Of a stretch of 64,000 bases of DNA, positions 18,685 to 27,992 are shown in pieces. Position 1 is the stretch's first letter, and each line of letters opens with the position of its first letter. Position numbers and translations under genes: made by a program. Origin of the DNA: Fimbriimonadales bacterium (GTDB lineage Bacteria > Armatimonadota > Fimbriimonadia > Fimbriimonadales > GBS-DC); the NCBI GenBank assembly GCA_046294565.1, contig JBKBKS010000001.1, positions 9,400-73,399 on the forward strand, written 5' to 3'. The notes under the pieces are model-generated. The model ran no database searches, was not told where the DNA came from, and saw only the letters and a list, made by a program, of their open reading frames with translations.

Positions 18685-21033
18685 ATGAAACGAGGTTGGC
18701 TGTCGATTGGGTTATGGATTGCGTTGCTGGCGTTGAGCTACGCGCAGGCGGTTCCCCGCTCGGTGGAGGCAATCCCGCGCAGCACAGAGCGCATTACACT
18801 CTATTGGCTGCCCCCGCACGGCGAGAACCCTGCTGGCTATCGTGTGCTGTTGGACGGTTCGCTCGTCGCCGAACTGGACGCCGCCGCCAAATCGTATGAT
18901 TTCACAGGGTTGACCGCAGGGCGCGCGTACCGAGTGGCGGTGGAGGCGCTCTATGCGGATGGGCGCGTTTCACAGAGCGTCGAGCGTGTGGATCGTACCT
19001 ATCGCGCCCTGCCTTCGGAGGCGCGCTACCCGATTCTGGTTGTGGGCGGCACGGCGTCGGGCGTCGGCGCAGCGATTACCGCCGCGCGTATGGGCGTCAA
19101 AGTCGCGCTAATCGAACCCACCAATCGGCTCGGCGGCATGATTACCAACGGCGTCGCCGTCACCGATGTGCGCCAACGCGACCGCATCAACGGGCTGTAC
19201 GAGGAGTTCCGACAGCGCGTGGAAGCCCACTACAAAGCGCGCGGGGACGATACTACCGTCTACTTCTACCGCAACGGGCTGAACTTCGAGCCGTGGGTGG
19301 CGAACATGCTGCTCAAAGAGATGGTGTACGCCGAGCCGAACATCGATCTTTACTTCGGCGTGCGCCCCACGCGCGTTTTCAAGCAGGGCAATCGGATAAC
19401 GGGCGTGGAGTTTGTGAGTTTGGATGGGGCGCGACGGGGGCGGTTCTTCGCCAGCGTGGTGATCGACGCGACCGCTGAGGGCGACATCGCGGCGTGGGCA
19501 GGCGCGCCCTACCGAATCGGACGCGAGCCGCGCAGCCCTGAAGAACCCCACGCAGGCGTGCTGTACTACGACCGCCTCAACGACCGATTCCTGCCCGGCA
19601 GCACAGGCGCAGGCGACCGACGCATTCCCGGCTACGCAATCTTGATGATTGTGCAGAACTACCCCACGCCGCAGGTGGGCAACCCGCCGCCCAACTACAA
19701 CCGCTTAGAGTATGTGCTGTCGCCCCCGTGGGAACGCTCGTGGGCATATCTTTACGGACGCATCCCCGGCAACAAGTTCGAAGTGAACCAGCACCCGCAC
19801 GGCACAACCTTGCAAGAGGTGAACTACCGCTATCCCACCGCGAGCTGGGAAGAACGCCAGCGCATCTATCAGATTTATAAAAACCATGTGCTGGGCTACC
19901 TGCACTATATCCAGACCGAGCTGGGTCAGCCGAACTTGGGGCTGGCGGAGGATGAGTTCCGCGACAGCGATAACCTGCCCCCCATCCTCTATGTGCGGAA
20001 AGCGCGACGGATTGAGGGCGAGGTGTTCCTGCAGCAGATGGACATCACGCTGGCGCGCGAGCGCGTCCGCGCCGACAGCATCGCGATTGGCGACTACCCG
20101 ATGGACTCGCACGCCGTGCGCCGCGTGGTGGTCAACGAGGGCGAGCCTGTGCCCGAAATCGCGCACATGGGCGAGGGCGAGTTCTGGATTTTCCAGTACA
20201 CGCCGTGGTACCAAGTGCCCTACGGCGTCTTAGTGCCCAAGCGCGTGGAGGGTTTGCTGGTAACCACCTGCGTCTCGGCGAGCCATGTGGCGATTGGCAG
20301 CCTGCGAATGGAGCCTGTACGGATGAATATGGGTCAGGCGGCAGGCGTGGCGGCAGTGTTGCATCTGCAAACGGGCATATCCCTGCGTCGGATTAACCCT
20401 GCCGACATCCAACGCGAGCTGCTGCGTCGTTTCAGGCAATACATCTACTACTTCCCCGATGTGACGCCTCAAACGCGCTATTTTGAGGCGATTCAGTTCT
20501 TGGCGGCGCGGGGCTACTTCCCCGAGGAGCGCATGGCGCCTGAGCAGCCCCTGACGCGCGGCGAGGCGGCGCGCCTGCTGTGGAAGCACTTGCGCACCCT
20601 CAAGCCGAGCCTGCCCGAAGAGCGGTTTCAGGGGCTGGCGTTTACGGATGTGCTGTTCGGACACCCCTACGCCGTGCCCGTACAGAACCTGTTCCTGCTG
20701 GGCGTCATCGAACGCGCGGAAAACCGCCGTTTCAACCCCGATGAACCCATCCGTCGGCGCGACTTCATCCGCTGGCTGACCCGCGCGATGGCGATTCTTG
20801 AATCGGGCGAGTGGAACCGCGCGGTCGGGCAGGTCGCGCCTTATATCGATGTGCCTACCGACGACCCCGACTACCTGTTCATCGCGCAGTTGGCGGAGCG
20901 TCGCTTCTCGCCTGCGATTTGGGACGGCTTGGAGGCGTTCACTCCTGAGGGGCTACGCTTCCAACCCGACGCGCCCATTCGCCGAGCGGACGCCGCGCAG
21001 ACCCTCTACCTACTGAGCGGACGCCTGTTTTAG
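18685..21033 (+). CDS. surface-anchored FAD-dependent oxidoreductase (signal peptide, FN3-like domain, FAD domain, three SLH-like repeats)
   Basis: MKRGWLSIGLWIALLALSYAQA signal. Dinucleotide fold ILVVGGTASGVGAAITAARMGVKVALIEPTNRLGGM. C-terminal FPDV..., FTDV..., YIDVP... SLH-like repeats. SD GGAGG before ATG 18685. Confidence 0.75.
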   Translation: MKRGWLSIGLWIALLALSYAQAVPRSVEAIPRSTERITLYWLPPHGENPAGYRVLLDGSLVAELDAAAKSYDFTGLTAGRAYRVAVEALYADGRVSQSVERVDRTYRALPSEARYPILVVGGTASGVGAAITAARMGVKVALIEPTNRLGGMITNGVAVTDVRQRDRINGLYEEFRQRVEAHYKARGDDTTVYFYRNGLNFEPWVANMLLKEMVYAEPNIDLYFGVRPTRVFKQGNRITGVEFVSLDGARRGRFFASVVIDATAEGDIAAWAGAPYRIGREPRSPEEPHAGVLYYDRLNDRFLPGSTGAGDRRIPGYAILMIVQNYPTPQVGNPPPNYNRLEYVLSPPWERSWAYLYGRIPGNKFEVNQHPHGTTLQEVNYRYPTASWEERQRIYQIYKNHVLGYLHYIQTELGQPNLGLAEDEFRDSDNLPPILYVRKARRIEGEVFLQQMDITLARERVRADSIAIGDYPMDSHAVRRVVVNEGEPVPEIAHMGEGEFWIFQYTPWYQVPYGVLVPKRVEGLLVTTCVSASHVAIGSLRMEPVRMNMGQAAGVAAVLHLQTGISLRRINPADIQRELLRRFRQYIYYFPDVTPQTRYFEAIQFLAARGYFPEERMAPEQPLTRGEAARLLWKHLRTLKPSLPEERFQGLAFTDVLFGHPYAVPVQNLFLLGVIERAENRRFNPDEPIRRRDFIRWLTRAMAILESGEWNRAVGQVAPYIDVPTDDPDYLFIAQLAERRFSPAIWDGLEAFTPEGLRFQPDAPIRRADAAQTLYLLSGRLF

Positions 21034-22308
21034 CAGCTCCACCGCCCGCTGCAACACAGGGTCTGGGGCTTGACGGAACATCGCGCGCGTGAGCTCGACC
21101 TCGAAGTCGGGCTGCACGCCCACGCCCTCAATCCGACGCCTGCGCGCCGTCTCGTAGTCGGCAATCACACACTGCAAGTAGCCGCCATAGGGCAGTTGCA
21201 CAATCTTGGACGGCAGCGCTTTGCCAGGCGTCGGGCGCCCGACGACGATTGCACGCTTTGCCTCCTGCATCCCCGCCGCGAAAATCTCGGCAGTGGAAAC
21301 CGAGAACTCATCTACCAGCACCACCACAGGCTTGCGATAGTTCGGGGTTTGGGGGTAAGCGACGATTCCGAATGTGCCGTCGCGCAGGCGCATCGTGCCC
21401 AGCACGGTCTCGCGCCGTACCAGATGCCCCATCACGCCGCCCGCCATCAGTCCGATACCGCCGATGTTCTCGCGCAGGTCGATGATTAGCCCATCAGTGT
21501 CCGCCAGCTCGCGCAGGCGTTGGGGCAGCTCGCGCATCACGGGCGGGAAAAAGGCGTTGAACGCCAGGTAGCCGATGTTGCCTGGCAGGATACGGCTTTC
21601 GATATGCACGCGGATTTCGGGGATGAAGCCGATTTGCACGCGCGCGCCGCGCATCGCCTCGCGTGTGAGCGCGACTGTGTGCTCGTTGTCGTCCAAGTCG
21701 CGATAGCGCAGGCGAGTCTCGCTGCCCGAACGCCCACTCAAAAAGGCGCGAAACGCCAAGTACGCCTCAAATCGCTCCTCTACCGAAGGTAGTTTGCGTT
21801 CGCGAATGCGCTGCAGCAGCTGCTCGGTCGGTAAATCGTCGATCTGCAGGATTTCCGCGCCTGGCGGGACGCCCATCCGTGCGGCGGGCGAGCCGGGGCG
21901 CACGCGCGTTATGACAGGACGCCCCTCCACCAGCTGAATGGTTAGCCCTGTCTCGCCGTCCGATAGGCGCGTTCGCGCCTCCTCCTGCGCCACGAACGCG
22001 CCCGGCGGTATAACCGTGAAATGCGACTGCTTCAACTCGCCGAGCATCTGATTGAGTAGCGTGTAGAACTCGCTATCGGCGGTCGCCGCACGGACTCTCG
22101 GCGCGTACTGCTCGCGCACGGCGTCCCAATCTACGCCCCCCAGCTGCGAGTCGTAGTGGGAGCGTTTGACCTCTTCCCACACAAACTGGAACACCTCTTG
22201 CCGTTGCGATTCGGTGAGCGATTGGCTGTAAGCGTGCGTCGCGCAGGTCAGCAGGAGCAATATCGGCGTGAAACCCCAAAGCCATCGAGACACAGTGCGA
22301 ACGCTCAT
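21010..22308 (-). CDS. S41 family C-terminal processing peptidase with PDZ domain
   Basis: 432 aa with a signal-like N-terminus. ...IIDLRENIGG... and VVVLVDEFSVSTAEIFAAGMQE resemble S41 active-site regions. Confidence 0.8.
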   Translation of the reverse strand: MSVRTVSRWLWGFTPILLLLTCATHAYSQSLTESQRQEVFQFVWEEVKRSHYDSQLGGVDWDAVREQYAPRVRAATADSEFYTLLNQMLGELKQSHFTVIPPGAFVAQEEARTRLSDGETGLTIQLVEGRPVITRVRPGSPAARMGVPPGAEILQIDDLPTEQLLQRIRERKLPSVEERFEAYLAFRAFLSGRSGSETRLRYRDLDDNEHTVALTREAMRGARVQIGFIPEIRVHIESRILPGNIGYLAFNAFFPPVMRELPQRLRELADTDGLIIDLRENIGGIGLMAGGVMGHLVRRETVLGTMRLRDGTFGIVAYPQTPNYRKPVVVLVDEFSVSTAEIFAAGMQEAKRAIVVGRPTPGKALPSKIVQLPYGGYLQCVIADYETARRRRIEGVGVQPDFEVELTRAMFRQAPDPVLQRAVELLKQASAQ

Positions 22309-22328
22309 CGCTCAAGGTATACCCAATC

Positions 22329-22356
22329 TTGACGAGCCGAACGATTAGGGTATAAT
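22329..22356 (+). promoter_or_regulatory. sigma70-type promoter of tRNA-Leu
   Basis: -35 TTGACG (22329-22334), 16-nt spacer, -10 TATAAT (22351-22356) preceded by GGG. The tRNA 5' end is at 22367. Confidence 0.75.
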
Positions 22357-22366
22357 TGGCGTCCAA

Positions 22367-22455
22367 GCCGGAGTGGCGGAACGGGTAGACGCGCCGGTCT
22401 CAAAAATCGGTCTGGGGCGACTCAGGTGTGGGTTCGAGTCCCACCTCCGGCACCA
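22367..22455 (+). tRNA. tRNA-Leu (anticodon CAA), CCA encoded
   Basis: Acceptor GCCGGAG/CTCCGGC, anticodon loop CTCAAAA, long variable arm, T-arm GTGGG-TTCGAGT-CCCAC. Confidence 0.9.
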
Positions 22456-22473
22456 GAATTAGAGTTTCCCGTG

Positions 22474-22568
22474 GCACGGACATTCCTGTCCGTGCATTAA
22501 ACTTGGACGAAAGTATAGGTGCGACGCCATTCCTGTCGTCGCACCGATGCTTGGACTGAGGTCCAAGC
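22474..22568. repeat. REP/BIME-like mosaic, modules A-B-C
   Basis: 22474-22495 GCACGGACA-TTCC-TGTCCGTGC. 22518-22545 GGTGCGACG-CCATTCCTGT-CGTCGCACC. 22549-22568 GCTTGGAC-TGAG-GTCCAAGC. Confidence 0.85.
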
Positions 22569-22587
22569 CACACGGGAGGAGGCGCGT

Positions 22588-23406
22588 ATGCAAAGGCGAG
22601 CGGCAGTGCAGGCAAGCGCGGAGCAGTGGGTGCAGTGCGCCAAGTGCAAAAAAATCCTCTTTGCTCCCGACTTCGAGCGGGCGATGCGCGTGTGTCCCCA
22701 CTGCGGGCATCACCATCGCCTGCGCGCACGCGAGCGAATCCAAATCACGGTAGACCCCGACAGCTTTCAAGAGACCGACGCCGAGTTGCGCTCGGCGGAC
22801 CCGTTGCAGTTTCCCGACTACGCCGACAAACTCCGCAAGGGCGTCGCTGCGTCGGGCGAGACCGACGCCATCATCACGGGCGTCGCGACCCTGAGCGGTC
22901 ATGCAATCGTGATTGGCGCGATGGATTTCGGCTTTATGGGCGGAAGCATGGGTTCGGTGGTCGGCGAGAAGGTCGCGCGCTGTTTCGAGCGCGGCGTGGA
23001 GCGTCGGCTGCCTGTGATTCTGTTCTGTGCATCGGGCGGGGCGCGTATGCAGGAGGGTCTTCTCTCGCTGATGCAGATGGCGAAGACCACTGCCGCCGTC
23101 GGCAAGCTGCAACGCGCGGGCATGCCCTATATCGCCGTGTTCACCGACCCAACGATGGCGGGCGTACTGGCGAGCTTTGCATCGTTGGCGGATGTGATCC
23201 TTGCTGAGCCAGGCGCGCTTGTCGGATTCGCTGGGCAGCGCGTCGCTGCGCAAGCGAGCGTCGGCAAGCCCCCTGCCAACTTCCAAACCGCCGAGTTCCA
23301 ACACGAACACGGCATGGTAGACCTGATTGTGCCGCGCAAGCAGCTGCGCCCGACGCTGACCTACTTGCTGGAGATGTTCCTGCCTGTGGAGGCGCATGCG
23401 CCATGA
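22588..23406 (+). CDS. accD: acetyl-CoA carboxylase carboxyltransferase subunit beta
   Basis: Zn-ribbon CAKCKKIL...CPHCGHHHRL then the CT domain. ATG 22588 follows SD GGGAGGAGG. The ORF-track start 22519 lies in the hairpin cluster. Confidence 0.93.
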   Translation: MQRRAAVQASAEQWVQCAKCKKILFAPDFERAMRVCPHCGHHHRLRARERIQITVDPDSFQETDAELRSADPLQFPDYADKLRKGVAASGETDAIITGVATLSGHAIVIGAMDFGFMGGSMGSVVGEKVARCFERGVERRLPVILFCASGGARMQEGLLSLMQMAKTTAAVGKLQRAGMPYIAVFTDPTMAGVLASFASLADVILAEPGALVGFAGQRVAAQASVGKPPANFQTAEFQHEHGMVDLIVPRKQLRPTLTYLLEMFLPVEAHAP

Positions 23407-24362
23407 TGACCATCTTCGACTTCGAGAAGCCCATCAACGAGCTTGAAAGCGCAATCGCCGAGTTGCGCCAGCTTGCGGCGGAGAAAGGATTAGACCGCTC
23501 GCGCGAGATTGCCGAGCTGGAGGCGCAACGCGAACGCCTCCTGCGCCAAATCTTCGCGCACCTGCGCCCGTGGGACAAGGTGCTGCTCGCCCGACACCCG
23601 AAACGCCCCTACGCGCTCGACTACATTCGGCTGATGTGCGAGAGTTTTCTGGAGCTGCACGGCGACCGTCTCGGCTACGACGACCCCGCGATTGTGGGCG
23701 GCTTGGCGAAGCTCGGCGGCTACAAGCTGATGGTGGTGGGTCAGCAGAAGGGGCGCGACCTGAAAGAGCGTCAAAAGCGCAACTTCGCGATGGCGAAACC
23801 CGAAGGCTACCGTAAGGCGATGCGCCTGTTCCGCCTTGCCGAGAAGTTCCACTTGCCCGTGCTGACCCTCGTCGACACGCCCGCCGCCGACCCCGGCGTC
23901 GAGTCGGAATCGCGCGGCGTCAGCGAGGCGATTGCGCAATCGATGCTCACGCTGTTCGAACTCACGGTTCCGACCGTTGCGGTCATCCTTGGCGAGGGGG
24001 GCAGCGGCGGCGCAATCGCCTTAGCCGCCGCGAACCGCGTGCTGATGCTGGAACACGCCATCTACTCCGTAATCCCCCCCGAAGGGTGCGCCGCGATTCT
24101 CTATCGCGACCCGAACAAAGCCCCCCAAGCCGCCGACGCGCTCAAACTCACCGCCGACAACGCGCTGGAGCTCGGGCTGGTGGATGTGGTGGTTCCAGAG
24201 CCGTTGGGCGCAGCGCATCGCGACCCGCAGACCACCGCGCTGAGCGTGCGCGCCGCCGTGCTGCAACAGTACGAGGAACTCGGCAAGTGGACGCCTGATG
24301 CCCTGCGCGAGCAACGCTATCAGCGGTTCCGCGCGATGGGCGTCTACGAGACAACGCCCTAA
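23403..24362 (+). CDS. accA: acetyl-CoA carboxylase carboxyltransferase subunit alpha
   Basis: 319 aa. LARHPKRPYALDYI..., LVDTPAADPG, GEGGSGGALA-like GEGGSGGAIAL. 4-nt overlap with accD. Confidence 0.95.
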   Translation: MMTIFDFEKPINELESAIAELRQLAAEKGLDRSREIAELEAQRERLLRQIFAHLRPWDKVLLARHPKRPYALDYIRLMCESFLELHGDRLGYDDPAIVGGLAKLGGYKLMVVGQQKGRDLKERQKRNFAMAKPEGYRKAMRLFRLAEKFHLPVLTLVDTPAADPGVESESRGVSEAIAQSMLTLFELTVPTVAVILGEGGSGGAIALAAANRVLMLEHAIYSVIPPEGCAAILYRDPNKAPQAADALKLTADNALELGLVDVVVPEPLGAAHRDPQTTALSVRAAVLQQYEELGKWTPDALREQRYQRFRAMGVYETTP

Positions 24363-24368
24363 CGCGCC

Positions 24369-25826
24369 TCACAAGATATATCGGCTCAAGTCCACATCCT
24401 TCACCACATCGGCGAGCTTCTCTTGCACATAGGCGCGGTCAATCACGATATGCTCGCCCGCGTGGTCGGGCGCATGGAACGAAAGGTCTTCCATCAGGCG
24501 CTCCATCACAGTATGCAGGCGTCGAGCGCCGATGTTCTCCGTGCGGGCGTTCACTTCGCCTGCGATACGGGCAATCTCGTCAATCGCATCGGTGGTGAAC
24601 TCCAGCGACACGCCCTCGGTCGCCATCAACTGCTGGTACTGCTTCGTGAGCGCGTTTTTCGGCTCGGTGAGAATGCGACGGAAATCCTGCGCGTCGAGCG
24701 GCTCCAGCTCTACGCGGATGGGCAGACGCCCCTGCAACTCGGGGATTAAGTCCGACGGCTTGGCAGTGTGGAACGCGCCCGCCGCAATAAACAGGATATG
24801 ATCCGTACGCACAGGACCGAACTTGGTGGCGACCGTGGAGCCTTCGATAATCGGCAACAGGTCGCGCTGCACGCCCTCGCGACTCACATCGGGCCCCACC
24901 GCGCGCCCCGAGCCAGCGATTTTGTCGATCTCATCGAGGAAGATAATCCCTGTCTGCTCCACACGCATCACTGCTTCGCGAACGACGGCGGAACGGTCAA
25001 TCATCTTACGCGCTTCCTGCTGAGTGAAGATTTCACGGGCTTCTGCGATGGTGACCAAGCGCCGACTGCGGCTACGCGGTCCGAACGGGGGCAACAGGTC
25101 GGTGTCCAGCCCCATCTCTTCGATGCCCTGAGGCGAGAACACCTGCACGAAGGGGGTAATGCTCTCCTCCACCTCGATTTCGACGGTTTCTTCATCGCGC
25201 ACGCCCGACTTGAGTTGCTCCATCACCTTGCGTCGTCGGGAACGACGGTCGATCTTTTCGCCGGGCGATTCGGGCTCCTCGTCAGGCAGCGAAATCTCTT
25301 CGTCTTCATCCTCGTACTGGTTGAGCATTTGAAAAATCATCTCGAGGGGCGAAGTCTCGCGTCGGCGCGTGCGTTTAGGGCGGTTTTCACGGTCAAGCAG
25401 TAAGGTCGCCAGCCGTTCGTTGGCGCGTCGCGCGGCGCGAGGGCGCACCTCTTCCATCTTCTCCTGCTCTACCATGCGCACGGCGACATTGGCGAGGTCG
25501 CGCACCATCGAATCGACATCGCGCCCCACATAGCCCACTTCGGTGAACTTGGTGGCTTCCACTTTCACGAACGGCGCACGCACCAGCATCGCTAAACGGC
25601 GGGCAATCTCGGTCTTGCCGACGCCCGTGGGTCCTATCATCAAGATATTTTTGGGCAATACCTCGTCGCGCAGTTCGGGGGGCAGCTGTTGGCGACGATA
25701 GCGGTTGCGCAAGGCAATCGCGACGGCGCGTTTTGCTTTTGCTTGACCGACAATATACTTATCCAGCTCCGCTACTATCTGGCGCGGCGTGAGCGACTCA
25801 ATCGGAATGCTCGCCTGATGTTTCAC
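24369..25826 (-). CDS. hslU: ATP-dependent protease ATPase subunit HslU
   Basis: [34 protein letters not shown], Walker [19 protein letters not shown] start. Confidence 0.95.
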   Translation of the reverse strand: MKHQASIPIESLTPRQIVAELDKYIVGQAKAKRAVAIALRNRYRRQQLPPELRDEVLPKNILMIGPTGVGKTEIARRLAMLVRAPFVKVEATKFTEVGYVGRDVDSMVRDLANVAVRMVEQEKMEEVRPRAARRANERLATLLLDRENRPKRTRRRETSPLEMIFQMLNQYEDEDEEISLPDEEPESPGEKIDRRSRRRKVMEQLKSGVRDEETVEIEVEESITPFVQVFSPQGIEEMGLDTDLLPPFGPRSRSRRLVTIAEAREIFTQQEARKMIDRSAVVREAVMRVEQTGIIFLDEIDKIAGSGRAVGPDVSREGVQRDLLPIIEGSTVATKFGPVRTDHILFIAAGAFHTAKPSDLIPELQGRLPIRVELEPLDAQDFRRILTEPKNALTKQYQQLMATEGVSLEFTTDAIDEIARIAGEVNARTENIGARRLHTVMERLMEDLSFHAPDHAGEHIVIDRAYVQEKLADVVKDVDLSRYIL

Positions 25827-25880
25827 GGGGTAATTCTACCCGACGCATGCGATTTGGGCTATAATATTGCAGAGGTCTCT

Positions 25881-26639
25881 ATGCGCTATCGTTTCGGTTT
25901 CACGCTGATTGAGCTGTTAGTAGTGATTGCGATTATCACGGTGTTGGCGGCGATTCTGTTCCCTGTCTTTGCGCAGGCGCGCGAGCGTGCGCGTCAGACG
26001 GCGTGCCTTTCGAACGCGCGTCAGCTGGGGATGGCGGTGATGACCTATGTGCAAGACCACGACGAGACATTCCTTCCGTCTACGAACTATGCCGTGCCCA
26101 CCAGCGTCCCTGAGCGGATATGGACGCGCGTGATTCAGCCGTATGTGCGCGAGGGGGGCATTTTTATCTGTCCGAGCGCGTCGCGCGCGGGGTTCCCGAC
26201 CGACTGGTCGCAGCGTGGGGTCGGCTCGATAGGCTACACGGCGGCGACGGCGTATGACCCCCAAGAGTTGGAGGGCTTCGCGACGCCTGTCTCTCTGGCG
26301 CAGATGGACGAGCCTGCGCGTTCCCCGATGTTCGGCGACACCGCGAGCGGCCCCACCGCCGAGAAGTATCGCGGCTATGTGTTCGACCCGTATGTAACGC
26401 CGACGAACCCGATTGACCCGCGCCTGAGCCCGCCGTTGGTCGCCGACCGCGACCTTGTGCGCGAGTTGAACCACCTGCGCCCCTCGCAACTCAAGCCGCT
26501 CTATGCCCGACATTTCGCCACAGGCGACAATCGCGGGCTGGCGACGCTCATCTTCGGCGACGGACACGCTAAAGCCTACTCCGCCGCCTCGATTCTTGCC
26601 CAAGAGCGCGGCGCGAACCTACTCTGGCGGTTCCGATAA
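25881..26639 (+). CDS. prepilin-type N-terminal cleavage/methylation domain protein, DUF1559/H-X9-DG-like
   Basis: [38 protein letters not shown]... and C-terminal IFGDGHAKAY. -10 TATAAT at 25860-25865. Confidence 0.85.
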   Translation: MRYRFGFTLIELLVVIAIITVLAAILFPVFAQARERARQTACLSNARQLGMAVMTYVQDHDETFLPSTNYAVPTSVPERIWTRVIQPYVREGGIFICPSASRAGFPTDWSQRGVGSIGYTAATAYDPQELEGFATPVSLAQMDEPARSPMFGDTASGPTAEKYRGYVFDPYVTPTNPIDPRLSPPLVADRDLVRELNHLRPSQLKPLYARHFATGDNRGLATLIFGDGHAKAYSAASILAQERGANLLWRFR

Positions 26640-26730
26640 AGCAAGGCGTCTCTGCCTCCCACATAGCCGCAAAACCTGCAGGAATCTGAATCAAGAGCGC
26701 GTATTAATTCTGTGAGGAGGTTTGTATACG

Positions 26731-27630
26731 ATGAGGTATCGTGGATTTACGCTGATCGAGCTACTGGTCGTGATAGCGATTATCGCCATCTTGGCGGCGA
26801 TCTTGTTCCCAGTGTTTGCGCAGGCGCGCGAGAAAGCGCGTCAAACCTTCTGTCTCAGCAACACGAAGCAGATTACGCTGGGCGGCTTGCAGTATATTCA
26901 AGACTACGACGAGGCGTTCCCTATGAGCCTCTACATGACCTCGAACGGCGCGGGCGGCTTCTGCGCGTTCACAGTATACCACGCCATCTATCCCTACCTG
27001 AAGAACGCCGATTTGTCGGGCTGCCCATCGGATCGTCAGGCGTGGGATGTGCGCACGGCGTTCGCACCGCTGGAGCTGTGCCCTAACAACCAGCGCTCGG
27101 ACTTCAAGACCACTGCCTACATCGGCAACTGGTGTCTATTTGAGCGCGGTAGCATGCCGCTGGCGAACTGGCCCTGGCCGGGCGGTCCGCGCACGATTCG
27201 CCAAGCAGAGATTGACGATGTGGTGCGCACTCCTGTCGTGTACGACGGCGTGCTGGGCGACCACACCGGCTCCCAGGCAGGGCTGGGCGGCTACATCCAA
27301 GGACGCCACAACCTCGTCGCCTCGGTCGGGTATGTGGATGGGCACTCTGGGAATGTCAAGACGCGCCTGATCCAGGGCGGTCGCGTGACGCTACGCGAGC
27401 AAACGCCCCGTACCAAAGACCTCTACGCCGTGATTGACACCAGCCTGCCGTTCCACACGCCTGCTGGCTCGAACTACATCTACTACGGTCTATCGGGTGT
27501 CGTGAGCCAGTATCCGGCGGGGCATCCGCGCGGCGGGCGACCGTGCCACACCTGTCCAGGTCAGGCAGGGCGCACTGATCAACCGTTCGGCGACGACGGC
27601 GCGCCCAACCACTGCCGCCGCACAAACTAA
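26731..27630 (+). CDS. prepilin-type N-terminal cleavage/methylation domain protein, DUF1559/H-X9-DG-like
   Basis: [37 protein letters not shown]... and [20 protein letters not shown] before ATG 26731. Confidence 0.85.
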   Translation: MRYRGFTLIELLVVIAIIAILAAILFPVFAQAREKARQTFCLSNTKQITLGGLQYIQDYDEAFPMSLYMTSNGAGGFCAFTVYHAIYPYLKNADLSGCPSDRQAWDVRTAFAPLELCPNNQRSDFKTTAYIGNWCLFERGSMPLANWPWPGGPRTIRQAEIDDVVRTPVVYDGVLGDHTGSQAGLGGYIQGRHNLVASVGYVDGHSGNVKTRLIQGGRVTLREQTPRTKDLYAVIDTSLPFHTPAGSNYIYYGLSGVVSQYPAGHPRGGRPCHTCPGQAGRTDQPFGDDGAPNHCRRTN

Positions 27631-27644
27631 TCACGCGCCCTGTA

Positions 27645-27733
27645 GCACGGACAATCCTGTCCGTGCGTGGGATGCTTGGACAAGACTGTCCAAGTCACGC
27701 TTGTAGGTGCGACCCCATTCTTGGCGTCGCACC
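27645..27733. repeat. REP/BIME-like mosaic, modules A-C-B
   Basis: 27645-27666 GCACGGACA-ATCC-TGTCCGTGC. 27675-27694 CTTGGACA-AGAC-TGTCCAAG. 27706-27733 GGTGCGAC(C)-CCATTCTTGG-CGTCGCACC. Confidence 0.85.
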
Positions 27734-27992
27734 GAGAGGCGCGATCTCAAAAATTTGTAACTTTGTCAGGAACTTGAAGGAGGGGGTGAACACATTACCC
27801 TCACGGTCTTGAGGCATTCGGGTCATCGCGGGCAGGTCAGGGGGGATACAAACCAAGTTCACTTTCCTATACAGCCTCTGAGACGCCTCGCTCCGATCGG
27901 CATGACGAAGACTTCCTGCACACAAGACGCCTATCATGCCGTGTCGCACCCTCTGTCATTCCGAGCCGAAGGCGAGGAATCTCAAGAGGGAT

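Noticed and set aside
22309-22321. Leaderless promoter for the S41 peptidase (GGGTATACC 7 nt before the ATG)
   Set aside because: The hexamer TATACC lacks the invariant final T, so it was not counted among the leaderless examples.
22456-22587. Integrated island at the 3' end of tRNA-Leu
   Set aside because: There is no integrase and no direct repeat of the tRNA 3' end. The spacer holds only hairpin modules and is followed directly by accD.
27935-27975. Palindromic GTCATTCCGAGCCGAAGGCGAGGAATCTC motif as a distinct element
   Set aside because: There is a single copy in the window and the stem is imperfect. It resembles a short motif I believe is widespread in unrelated genomes. The evidence is insufficient to call anything.
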